Shown here piece by piece: positions 26,139-34,688 of a stretch of 45,163 nt of DNA. This DNA is from a virus. Taxonomy: Duplodnaviria; Caudoviricetes. How positions within the stretch are numbered: the stretch's first letter is position 1; each line of letters opens with the position of its first letter. The stretch spans positions 1-45,163 of IMG/VR virus record IMGVR_UViG_3300030372_001396, one strand, 5' to 3'. A model generated the notes under the pieces. That model did not search any database. It had not been told where the DNA came from and saw nothing but the letters and a program-made list of their open reading frames with translations. Position numbers and translations under genes: made by a program.

Positions 26139-26872
26139 TGCATAAAAGAATTATTAAAGGTATACCTCGTTATGTATTTGATAGCGAGAAAGAATTTCGT
26201 GACATGTTTCCCGATGCAAAGCTAATAGCTGATTGGAGAAAAGCAGAAGTGAATGACTGGGTATTAACCGATGATAATAAAGTCACACAAATACTCAACA
26301 AGAAAACAATGAAGAACTCTACGATTAAAGCGTATGATGATTACTTTGTTACATTGCTTGGCCCAACCTTTGCTTCTTCCAAGATGGAAGGCACACCAAA
26401 AAAAGATTATAACTCTTTTAGTAAGAGAAAAGACATAGAAGAAAAACCGTTAACATGGAGAGAGATACGCTTTGTTAAAATGATTGCTCATGGTGAAAAC
26501 CCATTGCAAGCATATTTAGATTCGTTTGAAACAAACAATCAGCAAACAGCAAAAGTTAAATCATCTCTACTTTTAAAACAAACAAGGATAAAACAAGAAG
26601 TGGAAAAAGAAATAGAAGGAATACTAAATGAAATTGGTATTGATAAAAAATGGACACTAGAAAAAGCTAGAGATATTGTAGACAATCCAGATACATCTGA
26701 TGCTGTCAAGCTAAGAGCATTAGAAAATTTTATGAAGATACAAAGCATGTATCCTAAAGAAAAGAAAAACGAATCGTTGTTATTAGGACAAGCCTTTACT
26801 GGATTTAGTAAAGAAGAAATATTAGAAATGAGTAATATGAAACTAATTGATGATGGAAAAAAAGAAGATTAA
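26138..26872 (+). CDS. terS: Terminase small subunit with N-terminal extension
   Basis: LTxRExxFV...QAYLxSF...SSLLLKQxRI...DAVKLRALE; immediately upstream of TerL. Confidence 0.7.
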   Translation: MHKRIIKGIPRYVFDSEKEFRDMFPDAKLIADWRKAEVNDWVLTDDNKVTQILNKKTMKNSTIKAYDDYFVTLLGPTFASSKMEGTPKKDYNSFSKRKDIEEKPLTWREIRFVKMIAHGENPLQAYLDSFETNNQQTAKVKSSLLLKQTRIKQEVEKEIEGILNEIGIDKKWTLEKARDIVDNPDTSDAVKLRALENFMKIQSMYPKEKKNESLLLGQAFTGFSKEEILEMSNMKLIDDGKKED

Positions 26873-28451
26873 TATTATACCTGGACCTTCTGTTATGGCA
26901 GAAAGGGATGAGGTTTTAGCAAAAGCGTATAAAGATTTAATATTTTTTGGCCGTGTATTCTTACCTCAAGACTTTTTACATAAAAGTGAAAGTCCTCAAT
27001 TCCATTATGATTTATCTAGAAGATTAATCCAACACAAGCCTGGTGCTCGTATATGTAACATCATTCCTCGTGGTATGGGTAAAAGTATTTTATCTAAAGC
27101 TGCTATTATGCATAAGTTTTTATTTGCAGAAACAGATAAACAAAACTTTGTAGCTTGGGTATCAGAAGAAGGTGGGCAATCTATAGACCATTTAAAATAC
27201 ATACGACACCACTTTGAAGAAAATGAAATGATACGGTACTACTTTGGAAACATGGATGGTGGTAGTGTAGGTAAACGATGGACAGAAAAAGATATTGTAA
27301 CTCCAAAAGGAGATAGAATTATAGCTAAAGGTTCTAATCAAAGACTTCGTGGTAGGGCAGAAGTAGGAGTGAGATACACTGGTATAATTCTTGATGACTT
27401 TGAATCAGAGCTAAATACTAAAACTCCTGAAAGAAGAGCAGAGTTAAAGAAGTGGATTGTCTCTACTGTATATCCATCACTAGAAGAAACTCCAGGCAAT
27501 GAAGGTTGGATATGGCTGACAGGTACTATTGTTCATTATGATTCTTTTTTGCAAAACATAGTAGACGGTTATAAAGAATCACAAGCAAATAATAGAAGCT
27601 ACCCTTGGGAAGTAACATTTCATAGAGCTATTGAAAATGATAAACCTTTGTGGCCAGAACAATTTTCTTTAGCAAAATTACAAAAGAAACGAAAAGAATT
27701 TATTGAAGCAGGTCTTGTAAACAAGTTTGCACAAGAGTATATGAACGATGCTAGAGATTCTTCAGCAGCTTCTTTTAAGATTGACAGAATACAAAACTAT
27801 AATCACAGGTTTGAAAACAGAGAGAACTATGCTTATCTTGTAAATAATAAAGAAGCAATACCTGTAAATATCTATATAGGGGTTGACCTTGCAGCTACTG
27901 CTAGTGCTACATCTGACTACCAAGTAATTTTAGTTATGGCTATGGATGCAAACAAAAATAGATATGTCTTAGAATATTTTAGAGAAAAAATACCAGCATT
28001 TGATATGGCTGAACAAATTGTAGAGATGGCTAAAAAATATTCTCCTGTTAGGAGAGTAACAATAGAAACTGTTGCAGCACAAGAAATGGTTAGGGATATG
28101 ACTACAAGAATGTCTGTGAAAGATAGGCGTTTACTACCAGGAATCTTTAAAGGAGTAAAACCTCCTTATGGTATTAAGAAAGAAGACAGGCTAGAAACAG
28201 CACTAGGGCCTATAGTAAATTCTAAAAAATTATATATTAAAAAAGAAATGACTGAAATAGTGGATGAATTTTTTGAACATCCTAAACCAAAGAACGATGA
28301 CTTGATGGATGCTTTGTATTATGCTGATTATTTTGCAAAAGCTCCTAGTAGTACCGCTATAGATATAGCAGATTTAGCAGATTCTGTAGGAAAATCAACT
28401 AAACTTAAAGCAAATAAAGTCTATAATTGGATGACAGGAACAATTAAATAA
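26850..28451 (+). CDS. terL: Terminase large subunit
   Basis: Walker A PRGMGKS, RLRG, Walker B IILDDFE, GT coupling motif, LWPE, FAQEYMN, nuclease GVDLA...DDLMDAL. Confidence 0.95.
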   Translation: MMEKKKINIIPGPSVMAERDEVLAKAYKDLIFFGRVFLPQDFLHKSESPQFHYDLSRRLIQHKPGARICNIIPRGMGKSILSKAAIMHKFLFAETDKQNFVAWVSEEGGQSIDHLKYIRHHFEENEMIRYYFGNMDGGSVGKRWTEKDIVTPKGDRIIAKGSNQRLRGRAEVGVRYTGIILDDFESELNTKTPERRAELKKWIVSTVYPSLEETPGNEGWIWLTGTIVHYDSFLQNIVDGYKESQANNRSYPWEVTFHRAIENDKPLWPEQFSLAKLQKKRKEFIEAGLVNKFAQEYMNDARDSSAASFKIDRIQNYNHRFENRENYAYLVNNKEAIPVNIYIGVDLAATASATSDYQVILVMAMDANKNRYVLEYFREKIPAFDMAEQIVEMAKKYSPVRRVTIETVAAQEMVRDMTTRMSVKDRRLLPGIFKGVKPPYGIKKEDRLETALGPIVNSKKLYIKKEMTEIVDEFFEHPKPKNDDLMDALYYADYFAKAPSSTAIDIADLADSVGKSTKLKANKVYNWMTGTIK

Positions 28452-28455
28452 AAAG

Positions 28456-28511
28456 TTTTCCACATGTTATCCACATTTTTCTTGCATTTATAGAGGGTAA
28501 AGAGTTAAATT
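28456..28511 (+). promoter_or_regulatory. DnaA-box pair plus sigma70-like promoter upstream of the portal
   Basis: TTTTCCACA at 28456 and TTATCCACA at 28467; TTGCAT-N18-TAAATT at 28482-28511. Confidence 0.65.
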
Positions 28512-28557
28512 CAACTACGAAATACTGTATCGTTTTTTACAACAATAGGGCCATTGA

Positions 28558-30603
28558 ATGGAATATGACAAAAGAGCATTAAAAAACCAAGAAATATACG
28601 ATAGATACAAAAATGATAGAAAGGCTTGGGAAAGAGATGCTAGACAAGATATAGATTTTTATTTAGGAAATCATTTTACTTCAGACGAATCCAATGAATT
28701 AGCATCAAGAAACCAAGCAGATGTTCCTATGGATAGAATATCTCCTGCAGTAGAACGATTAAAAAGTATGCTTACTGCTAGACCTCCCGTGTTTACAGTG
28801 GTGCCTAGAGAAGATTCTGATTCTTCTTTGGCTTATTTATGGAGAATTATTATGGGGTTTGTGTGGCAAAACTCAGAGGGTGACGCACAAATGAAACAAG
28901 CAATACATGATTATTGTGTTGTTGGTTTGGGTTATATTTATGCTTATGTAGATTATGATTCAGATTTTGGTAAAGGAGATGTAAAGTTTTCTTACATAGA
29001 CCCTTTTAGAATTTATGTACCAGCAACATCTAGAGATAGATTTTTTTCAGATGCAGATAATATTATTTTATCTACAATACTTACGAAAGACCAAGTGTTA
29101 AATCTTTATCCAGAGTTAGGTATTAATGTAGACCCGAACACCCAAGAAGAAATAGACCCATTGATAGATATGATTTCACCGTATAGTTTAGAACAAGATT
29201 ATCCAGACAATGTAAATAAGTCTAGTGTTAATATGTATACGCCAGATAAAGTTAAAGGGTATATAGATACACACGATTCAAGATACCAGATATTAGAAAG
29301 ATTTTATAAAACAAAAGTTCCATATTACTTACTTAGAGAAAATCAATCAGGAGAAGAGTTTATTGTTGATGAAGCAGACTTTTCATCTTTCTTAGAAGAA
29401 AACAAACAGATGATAGAAATGGGACAGGTAGACATAACTCAGGTTTATCAAACAAGAATTAAAGTTACTGCAAGTATTGGAGAGGTAGTGTTATATGAAA
29501 CAGTCCTAGATACAGATGTTTACCCTATCGTACCTATCGCAAATGTTTGGACACAGACTCCATATCCTCGTTCAGACATATCAAGAGCAAGGCCAATGCA
29601 AAGACTCCTCAACAAGCTTTGGTCTTTGGCTCTATCACACGCACAAGCATCAGCAGGTTTAAAACTTATGGTGCCAATAGGTAGTGTAGAAAATGTTTCA
29701 CAGTTAGAAAAAGATTGGGCTAATCCTAATGCAGTTATAGAAGTGGACTCATCACAAGGTGAACCACACTATCCTGCTCCGCAACCTTTAACAGGTGAGT
29801 TCTACAGATTGATACAACAAGCAGAGTTTTATATTAATTTTATTTTTGGTATACCAGAAATTATGCAAGGGGTTGGAGAAAAAGCTCCTGACACTGCTAG
29901 AGGGACAGAAAGATTAATAGCTTTAGGTAGTGAAAGACCTAAATCTAAATTAAGAGATATAGAGTTTAGTATTAAAAGATTAGGAAAAGTATTATACAAT
30001 TATGGTAAAAGTCATTATTCGCATGAAAAAATATTTAGACTTGCACAGCCAAATAATGATATGTCAGAAATGATGGCACAGATTTATTCTGATAAAACAC
30101 AAACCATATTTGATTTAAAAAAAGATAGACACAATTTAGAACAACATGATGTTGGTATTGAGTCTGGTTCTACTTTACCAACAAGTAAGTATGCTGAACT
30201 TGCTGTGTATATGGAAGCATATCAGATGGGAATAGTAGACCAAGTAGAAGTATTAAAAAAGAATCCAGACATTTTTGACAAAGAAGGTGTGTTGCAAAGA
30301 ATGAATGAAAGACAGCAACTACAACAACAAATGGCTGCTATGGATGAACAGATAAAGAATTTACAGGGAGACCTGCAAACGGCTACAAGAGAATCTATCT
30401 CTGATAGAAAACGAACTGAAGTTGAGAAATTTAAGACTCGTTTAAAAGATATAGAATCTAACGCCAGTGCCGATAGGCGTGTAAATAAAAACAAACTAAA
30501 CGACAAGGTGTTGCTTGAATTGGAGAAATTGCGTGGTGAAATTAAAGTAATAGAATCACAAATGCGTAGTTCTGCTCAAGAAGACAAGACATCAAAGGAG
30601 TAA
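28558..30603 (+). CDS. Portal protein (P22-like)
   Basis: 681 aa after TerL; DIDFYLGNH, DRISPAV, YPIVP, QRLLNK motifs; C-terminal coiled-coil barrel. Confidence 0.9.
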   Translation: MEYDKRALKNQEIYDRYKNDRKAWERDARQDIDFYLGNHFTSDESNELASRNQADVPMDRISPAVERLKSMLTARPPVFTVVPREDSDSSLAYLWRIIMGFVWQNSEGDAQMKQAIHDYCVVGLGYIYAYVDYDSDFGKGDVKFSYIDPFRIYVPATSRDRFFSDADNIILSTILTKDQVLNLYPELGINVDPNTQEEIDPLIDMISPYSLEQDYPDNVNKSSVNMYTPDKVKGYIDTHDSRYQILERFYKTKVPYYLLRENQSGEEFIVDEADFSSFLEENKQMIEMGQVDITQVYQTRIKVTASIGEVVLYETVLDTDVYPIVPIANVWTQTPYPRSDISRARPMQRLLNKLWSLALSHAQASAGLKLMVPIGSVENVSQLEKDWANPNAVIEVDSSQGEPHYPAPQPLTGEFYRLIQQAEFYINFIFGIPEIMQGVGEKAPDTARGTERLIALGSERPKSKLRDIEFSIKRLGKVLYNYGKSHYSHEKIFRLAQPNNDMSEMMAQIYSDKTQTIFDLKKDRHNLEQHDVGIESGSTLPTSKYAELAVYMEAYQMGIVDQVEVLKKNPDIFDKEGVLQRMNERQQLQQQMAAMDEQIKNLQGDLQTATRESISDRKRTEVEKFKTRLKDIESNASADRRVNKNKLNDKVLLELEKLRGEIKVIESQMRSSAQEDKTSKE

Positions 30604-30605
30604 AT

Positions 30606-31346
30606 ATGAATACAGAAACATCACAAACCGATACTCAAGTTTCAGAATCTATGGATGAGGTTCAAACTGAGGGACAACAAGAAGGTACTTTAGAAGGAAA
30701 TGAAAGTATGAATTGGGAAAAAGAAGCTAAAAAGTTTCAATCTATGTATGATAGAGCTGAAGCAGATAAGAAACATTTATCTCAATACAAACCATTAATT
30801 AACTTACTAGAGCAACGACCTGACCTTGTTGAAACTTTAAGAGATAATATTGTTGGTAATAAGGGTGTAAACAAACCAACTGAAGCACAACAGTTAAACG
30901 AAGACGAGTTCAATCCGTGGGATGCGTACAATAAACCTGGTTCTTCATCATACGAAATGCGTGTGAAACAAGAAGAGTCTAGGATAAATAGTGCAGTGCA
31001 AAATGCTATGAGAGGCCAAGAGCAAAAACAGTTTCTTAATGATACTGTTAATAAGTTAAAGAGTGATTTTGGTATGCAAGAAAATGAAGTCCAAGAATTT
31101 ATGGAGTTTACTTCTGCACCGAAAGATTCTGTTCCTTTAGATAATTTGGTTAAGTTATTTAAAATGAATAAAGGTGAATACAAAGAACCTGTAATTCAAA
31201 AACCAGATACATCAAATCAAGCAAGAACCGCAGGGGTATTGCAAGGAGGAGCAGTTCCTACTAAGTCTGAACAAGACGGAATGTGGGACCAAATACTTAA
31301 TGCCGCATCTTCTGGTAGCATCAAGCAGACTATAAAAAGAAAATAA
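30606..31346 (+). CDS. Scaffolding protein
   Basis: Acidic and helical (AKKFQSMYD); between portal and capsid. Confidence 0.75.
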   Translation: MNTETSQTDTQVSESMDEVQTEGQQEGTLEGNESMNWEKEAKKFQSMYDRAEADKKHLSQYKPLINLLEQRPDLVETLRDNIVGNKGVNKPTEAQQLNEDEFNPWDAYNKPGSSSYEMRVKQEESRINSAVQNAMRGQEQKQFLNDTVNKLKSDFGMQENEVQEFMEFTSAPKDSVPLDNLVKLFKMNKGEYKEPVIQKPDTSNQARTAGVLQGGAVPTKSEQDGMWDQILNAASSGSIKQTIKRK

Positions 31347-31359
31347 ATAGGAGAATAAA

Positions 31360-32727
31360 ATGGCAATAAGCGGACAAATTAAGTCAACAAACTTGACTGC
31401 TGCTACTACATCTGCTGATTATGGAGTTGCTCCAGATAGAAGAAGGTTATATAACTTTTCTGATAGGATTGCTGAACTAGCACCTGATGAAAGTCCTTTC
31501 TTCGTTTACTTGAGCAAAACTGCAAAACTTCCTACGGATGATTCTTTGTTTCGTTATTTAGAAGATAGAACAAAGATTAATTATACAAGTAGAGAGTTCC
31601 TTTTAAAAGGTAATCACGACAGTTCAGCAACTCAAAGTTCTGGAGATACAGTATCTTTTACTGTAGACACAGCTGACGGAGCTGCAGTAGACTTCCTTGT
31701 TAAAGGTATGGTCTTTGCAGTTAGAACACTTGGAGGCTCAGAAGGGGATGCAACTTACGCTAACATCGTAGTTAGAGTAGAAGATGCACCTGTTCAGAAC
31801 TCAGCTGATACAACATTTACTGGTAAAGTAATTTCTGTATCATCAACAGCAACCAATGCAAACAAACTTTTAGATAATAAAAAATGTCAAATCATTGGTA
31901 CTGCATACGCAGAAGGTTCTGGAGCACCAGATGTATTCTCAGATAGCTTAGAAGATAATTATGGGTATACCCAGATTTTCAAAACAGCTGCTGAGATTTC
32001 AAACACAGCATACGCAACACAACTTCGTGGAGTGTCTAACGAGTTTGAAAGAGTGTTAGCTCAAAAAATGAGAGAACACAAAATAGATATGGAAAGAGCA
32101 TTTCTTTTCAATCAGAAAGCAAAAGTAGGCGGAGTACAATACTCAGAAGGTCTAGTAGGTCACATCATTAAAAACAGTACAGTAGTAGCTGGAACTGACA
32201 ACTTATCTTATGAGTCAGGTAAAGCATACTTCAGAACTGCACAAGCTTCAGAGCTTACTTATGATAGACTTTTATCAGACTTTGAAGTATTGTTTGACCC
32301 AGCTAGAGGCGGAAGTAACGAAAGATTAGCATTAGCTTCTCTTCCTGTTATCTCTTTCTTTAACAAAATGGGTAACGGCTCATTTTCTGATATATCAACA
32401 GCAAGCACACAATACCAAATTAATATGGATGAATTAGCAGGACAGTATGGTCACCAGTTAATGGAGATTAATACAGTTCATGGTTCAGTATATTTAGTGA
32501 AAGAACCTCTATTTAGAGGTCATTCATCTGGTATGATGTGTATGGCTGATATGAGTAAACTATACTACAGACCATTAGTAGGTAACGGAATTAATCGTGA
32601 TACTCAGGTTATGACAAATGTACAAAGTGCAGATGAAGACCTAAGAAAAGATATGATTCTTACTGAAGCTGGGTTAGAAGTATGTCTACCAGAATCACAT
32701 TACTTAATTAATTTAGAAGGAGTGTAA
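31360..32727 (+). CDS. Major capsid protein (DUF5309/SU10-like)
   Basis: ELAPDESPFF, GTAYAEGS, YTQIFKT, EHKIDMERAFLF and ILTEAGLEV motifs. Confidence 0.9.
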   Translation: MAISGQIKSTNLTAATTSADYGVAPDRRRLYNFSDRIAELAPDESPFFVYLSKTAKLPTDDSLFRYLEDRTKINYTSREFLLKGNHDSSATQSSGDTVSFTVDTADGAAVDFLVKGMVFAVRTLGGSEGDATYANIVVRVEDAPVQNSADTTFTGKVISVSSTATNANKLLDNKKCQIIGTAYAEGSGAPDVFSDSLEDNYGYTQIFKTAAEISNTAYATQLRGVSNEFERVLAQKMREHKIDMERAFLFNQKAKVGGVQYSEGLVGHIIKNSTVVAGTDNLSYESGKAYFRTAQASELTYDRLLSDFEVLFDPARGGSNERLALASLPVISFFNKMGNGSFSDISTASTQYQINMDELAGQYGHQLMEINTVHGSVYLVKEPLFRGHSSGMMCMADMSKLYYRPLVGNGINRDTQVMTNVQSADEDLRKDMILTEAGLEVCLPESHYLINLEGV

Positions 32728-32728
32728 G

Positions 32729-33163
32729 ATGGCTAGAGCAGCATATTTAGAACAAAACAGTGGTGTTAGTGATATGAAATTAAAATACGAACAAATTGCA
32801 GCAGCTAGAACACTAACTGCAGCTGACTCAGGAAAAGTATTCGGAGTTAATCAGGCATCTGCCTATGAGATTACTTTACCTTTAGCAGCTTCAGCTGGTG
32901 CTGGTTGGCATTGTAAATTTGTTTTATCAACAGTGGCTGCTAACGCAGTTACTATTGCAAACAATACTGCCGAGGATTCAATCGTTGGTATGGTTGCAGG
33001 AGCTGACGATGGTGCAGCTGGTAACTCAGCAGAATCTGCAGTTGATGAAATCGTATTTATCAGTGGTGCAGCATTAGGTGACACAGTAGAATTATTTTGC
33101 AATGGTATTAATTACTTTGCAAAAGCTATTGTTCACGATGTAGCACATGTTACTATATCATAA
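32729..33163 (+). CDS. Capsid decoration/cement protein
   Basis: TLTAADSGK...ITLP...G motif; directly after the major capsid gene. Confidence 0.6.
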   Translation: MARAAYLEQNSGVSDMKLKYEQIAAARTLTAADSGKVFGVNQASAYEITLPLAASAGAGWHCKFVLSTVAANAVTIANNTAEDSIVGMVAGADDGAAGNSAESAVDEIVFISGAALGDTVELFCNGINYFAKAIVHDVAHVTIS

Positions 33164-33165
33164 AC

Positions 33166-33235
33166 TAATCCGTGAGGATTAACAGTCTTGGATACTGTGG
33201 GGTTGTTCGTAGAAAGGTTCAACCCCAAAATCCAA
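33166..33235 (+). other. Intergenic three-hairpin element with a possible pseudoknot
   Basis: TAATCC-GTGA-GGATTA; ACAGT-CTTGGAT-ACTGT; GGGGTTG/CAACCCC; loop TTGGAT complementary to ATCCAA at 33230-33235. Confidence 0.45.
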
Positions 33236-33264
33236 AAAAAATTTTAAACTAATAGGAGAATAAA

Positions 33265-33456
33265 ATGGCAAATTTTGATACTGTAACAAAAGTTATTATC
33301 AATGATATTAGTGTTGCAGCAAGCACAGTTGATGGTTCTTTAGCAAAAGAAATCAATGACTATATTGAAACTATAGATGATGCAAAACTTGTAGCTACTA
33401 ATGCAGTTATGCTTGACAGAAGTAGAATTGCATATATCATCATTACTAAGGTGTAA
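33265..33456 (+). CDS. Hypothetical virion-associated protein
   Basis: 63 aa; same AATAGGAGAATAAAATGGCAA leader as the major capsid gene. Confidence 0.75.
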   Translation: MANFDTVTKVIINDISVAASTVDGSLAKEINDYIETIDDAKLVATNAVMLDRSRIAYIIITKV

Positions 33457-33713
33457 TGAAGAAGTGCCAACACTGCAACAAGCCAAACAAAGAAGGACAC
33501 TTTAATTGTCCATCTTGTGGGTTAAGAGCACATCCACCACAGTGGAGTACTCAGTTTGTTTTAAGAGATTCACCTATGGCAACTGCTATAAGAAAGGACC
33601 AAATAGATTTTGGGACTATGAGTATGGATAAACATATAGAAAAAACTAATAAAAAAAATGCTGCAGATAGAGCAAAGAAAATGGACAGCATGATATTTGG
33701 AGGAAAAAAATAA
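33456..33713 (+). CDS. Zinc-ribbon protein
   Basis: CQHC...CPSC; TAATG coupling. Confidence 0.75.
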   Translation: MKKCQHCNKPNKEGHFNCPSCGLRAHPPQWSTQFVLRDSPMATAIRKDQIDFGTMSMDKHIEKTNKKNAADRAKKMDSMIFGGKK

Positions 33714-33817
33714 TGTACGGAATGATTAAAAGCAAAAAACTAAATGGTAAAAGAAGAAAGAATGCTATGAATGGTAAAAAAAGAAAAATGAAAAAGAAAG
33801 TTTATAAAAAGAAATGA
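33713..33817 (+). CDS. 34-aa lysine-rich peptide (not in ORF track)
   Basis: GGAGG RBS; TAATG and ATGA overlaps; MYGMIKSKKLNGKRRKNAMNGKKRKMKKKVYKKK. Confidence 0.7.
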   Translation: MYGMIKSKKLNGKRRKNAMNGKKRKMKKKVYKKK

Positions 33818-34551
33818 ACGGCGATAAAAAGAAATCTAATGACATATCCTATTTAGTAGATAAAAGGTTTGAAGGAATAGAACCTGGGTATGATGAAAGA
33901 CCTGAATCTTATAGACAAAACTATTTTGATATGGCAAAGTCTTTTCAAGGTTTTTTTGGTGAGCCTGTAGAGGCTTCTGACGAAGAAAGTTTAAATTTAT
34001 TAGAGCAGTGGTTAGATAATTACTTTCCACAAACAGTAACTGAAAAATTTGAAAATGTAGATTATTACAATCCTAAATCAGGAGAGCAAGATTTAATAAG
34101 TGTTATGAAGGGTAAAGAGTTTATGAATTTTATGCAAGACCAATTTGAGGGCGTTACACCAGACTCTATAAACACAAGAAGAGAAATGAGTAAAGATTAT
34201 TTTAACAACTTAAAAAAAGAATCAGCTTTACAAGAAAGGTTGTTTAGTATAGAAAGTAAAGATTTTGACGAGTTAGATGAATCAGCTTTAAATCAATTTA
34301 ATTCTTTAGCTATTGTACAAAACATACTATCAAATCAAATGACAATGCCAGGAGAATTAGGAGTGGACCCTATGCTACCAGAAGGAATGCCAAGTGAGTT
34401 AGACTTTACTCCAAAAAGCCGTACACTTAATTTTGGTGATATGCTTAGAGAGCAGGAAGATATGATGAGAAAGTCGGATGAACTACAGAAAAAGTTTGGT
34501 CAGCAGAGTGGCTACATAATAGTGGGTGAAGATGGAAGTTTTACATTTTAA
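33814..34551 (+). CDS. Hypothetical acidic protein
   Basis: 245-aa ORF, coupled on both sides. Confidence 0.7.
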   Translation: MNGDKKKSNDISYLVDKRFEGIEPGYDERPESYRQNYFDMAKSFQGFFGEPVEASDEESLNLLEQWLDNYFPQTVTEKFENVDYYNPKSGEQDLISVMKGKEFMNFMQDQFEGVTPDSINTRREMSKDYFNNLKKESALQERLFSIESKDFDELDESALNQFNSLAIVQNILSNQMTMPGELGVDPMLPEGMPSELDFTPKSRTLNFGDMLREQEDMMRKSDELQKKFGQQSGYIIVGEDGSFTF

Positions 34552-34688
34552 TGAGAAGAGGATTTACACAACAGGTTAAACACACAAATGGAAAAAAGAA
34601 AACAAGACAAGGACATGGTAAGAATACAAAGTTTGGAAATAAACTATCACCAAAGCATTACAAGAAAAAAAGTAGAGGGCAAGGATAA
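34551..34688 (+). CDS. 45-aa basic peptide, KKTRQG...RGQG family (not in ORF track)
   Basis: TAATG coupling on both sides; MRRGFTQQVKHTNGKKKTRQG...KKKSRGQG. Confidence 0.75.
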   Translation: MRRGFTQQVKHTNGKKKTRQGHGKNTKFGNKLSPKHYKKKSRGQG

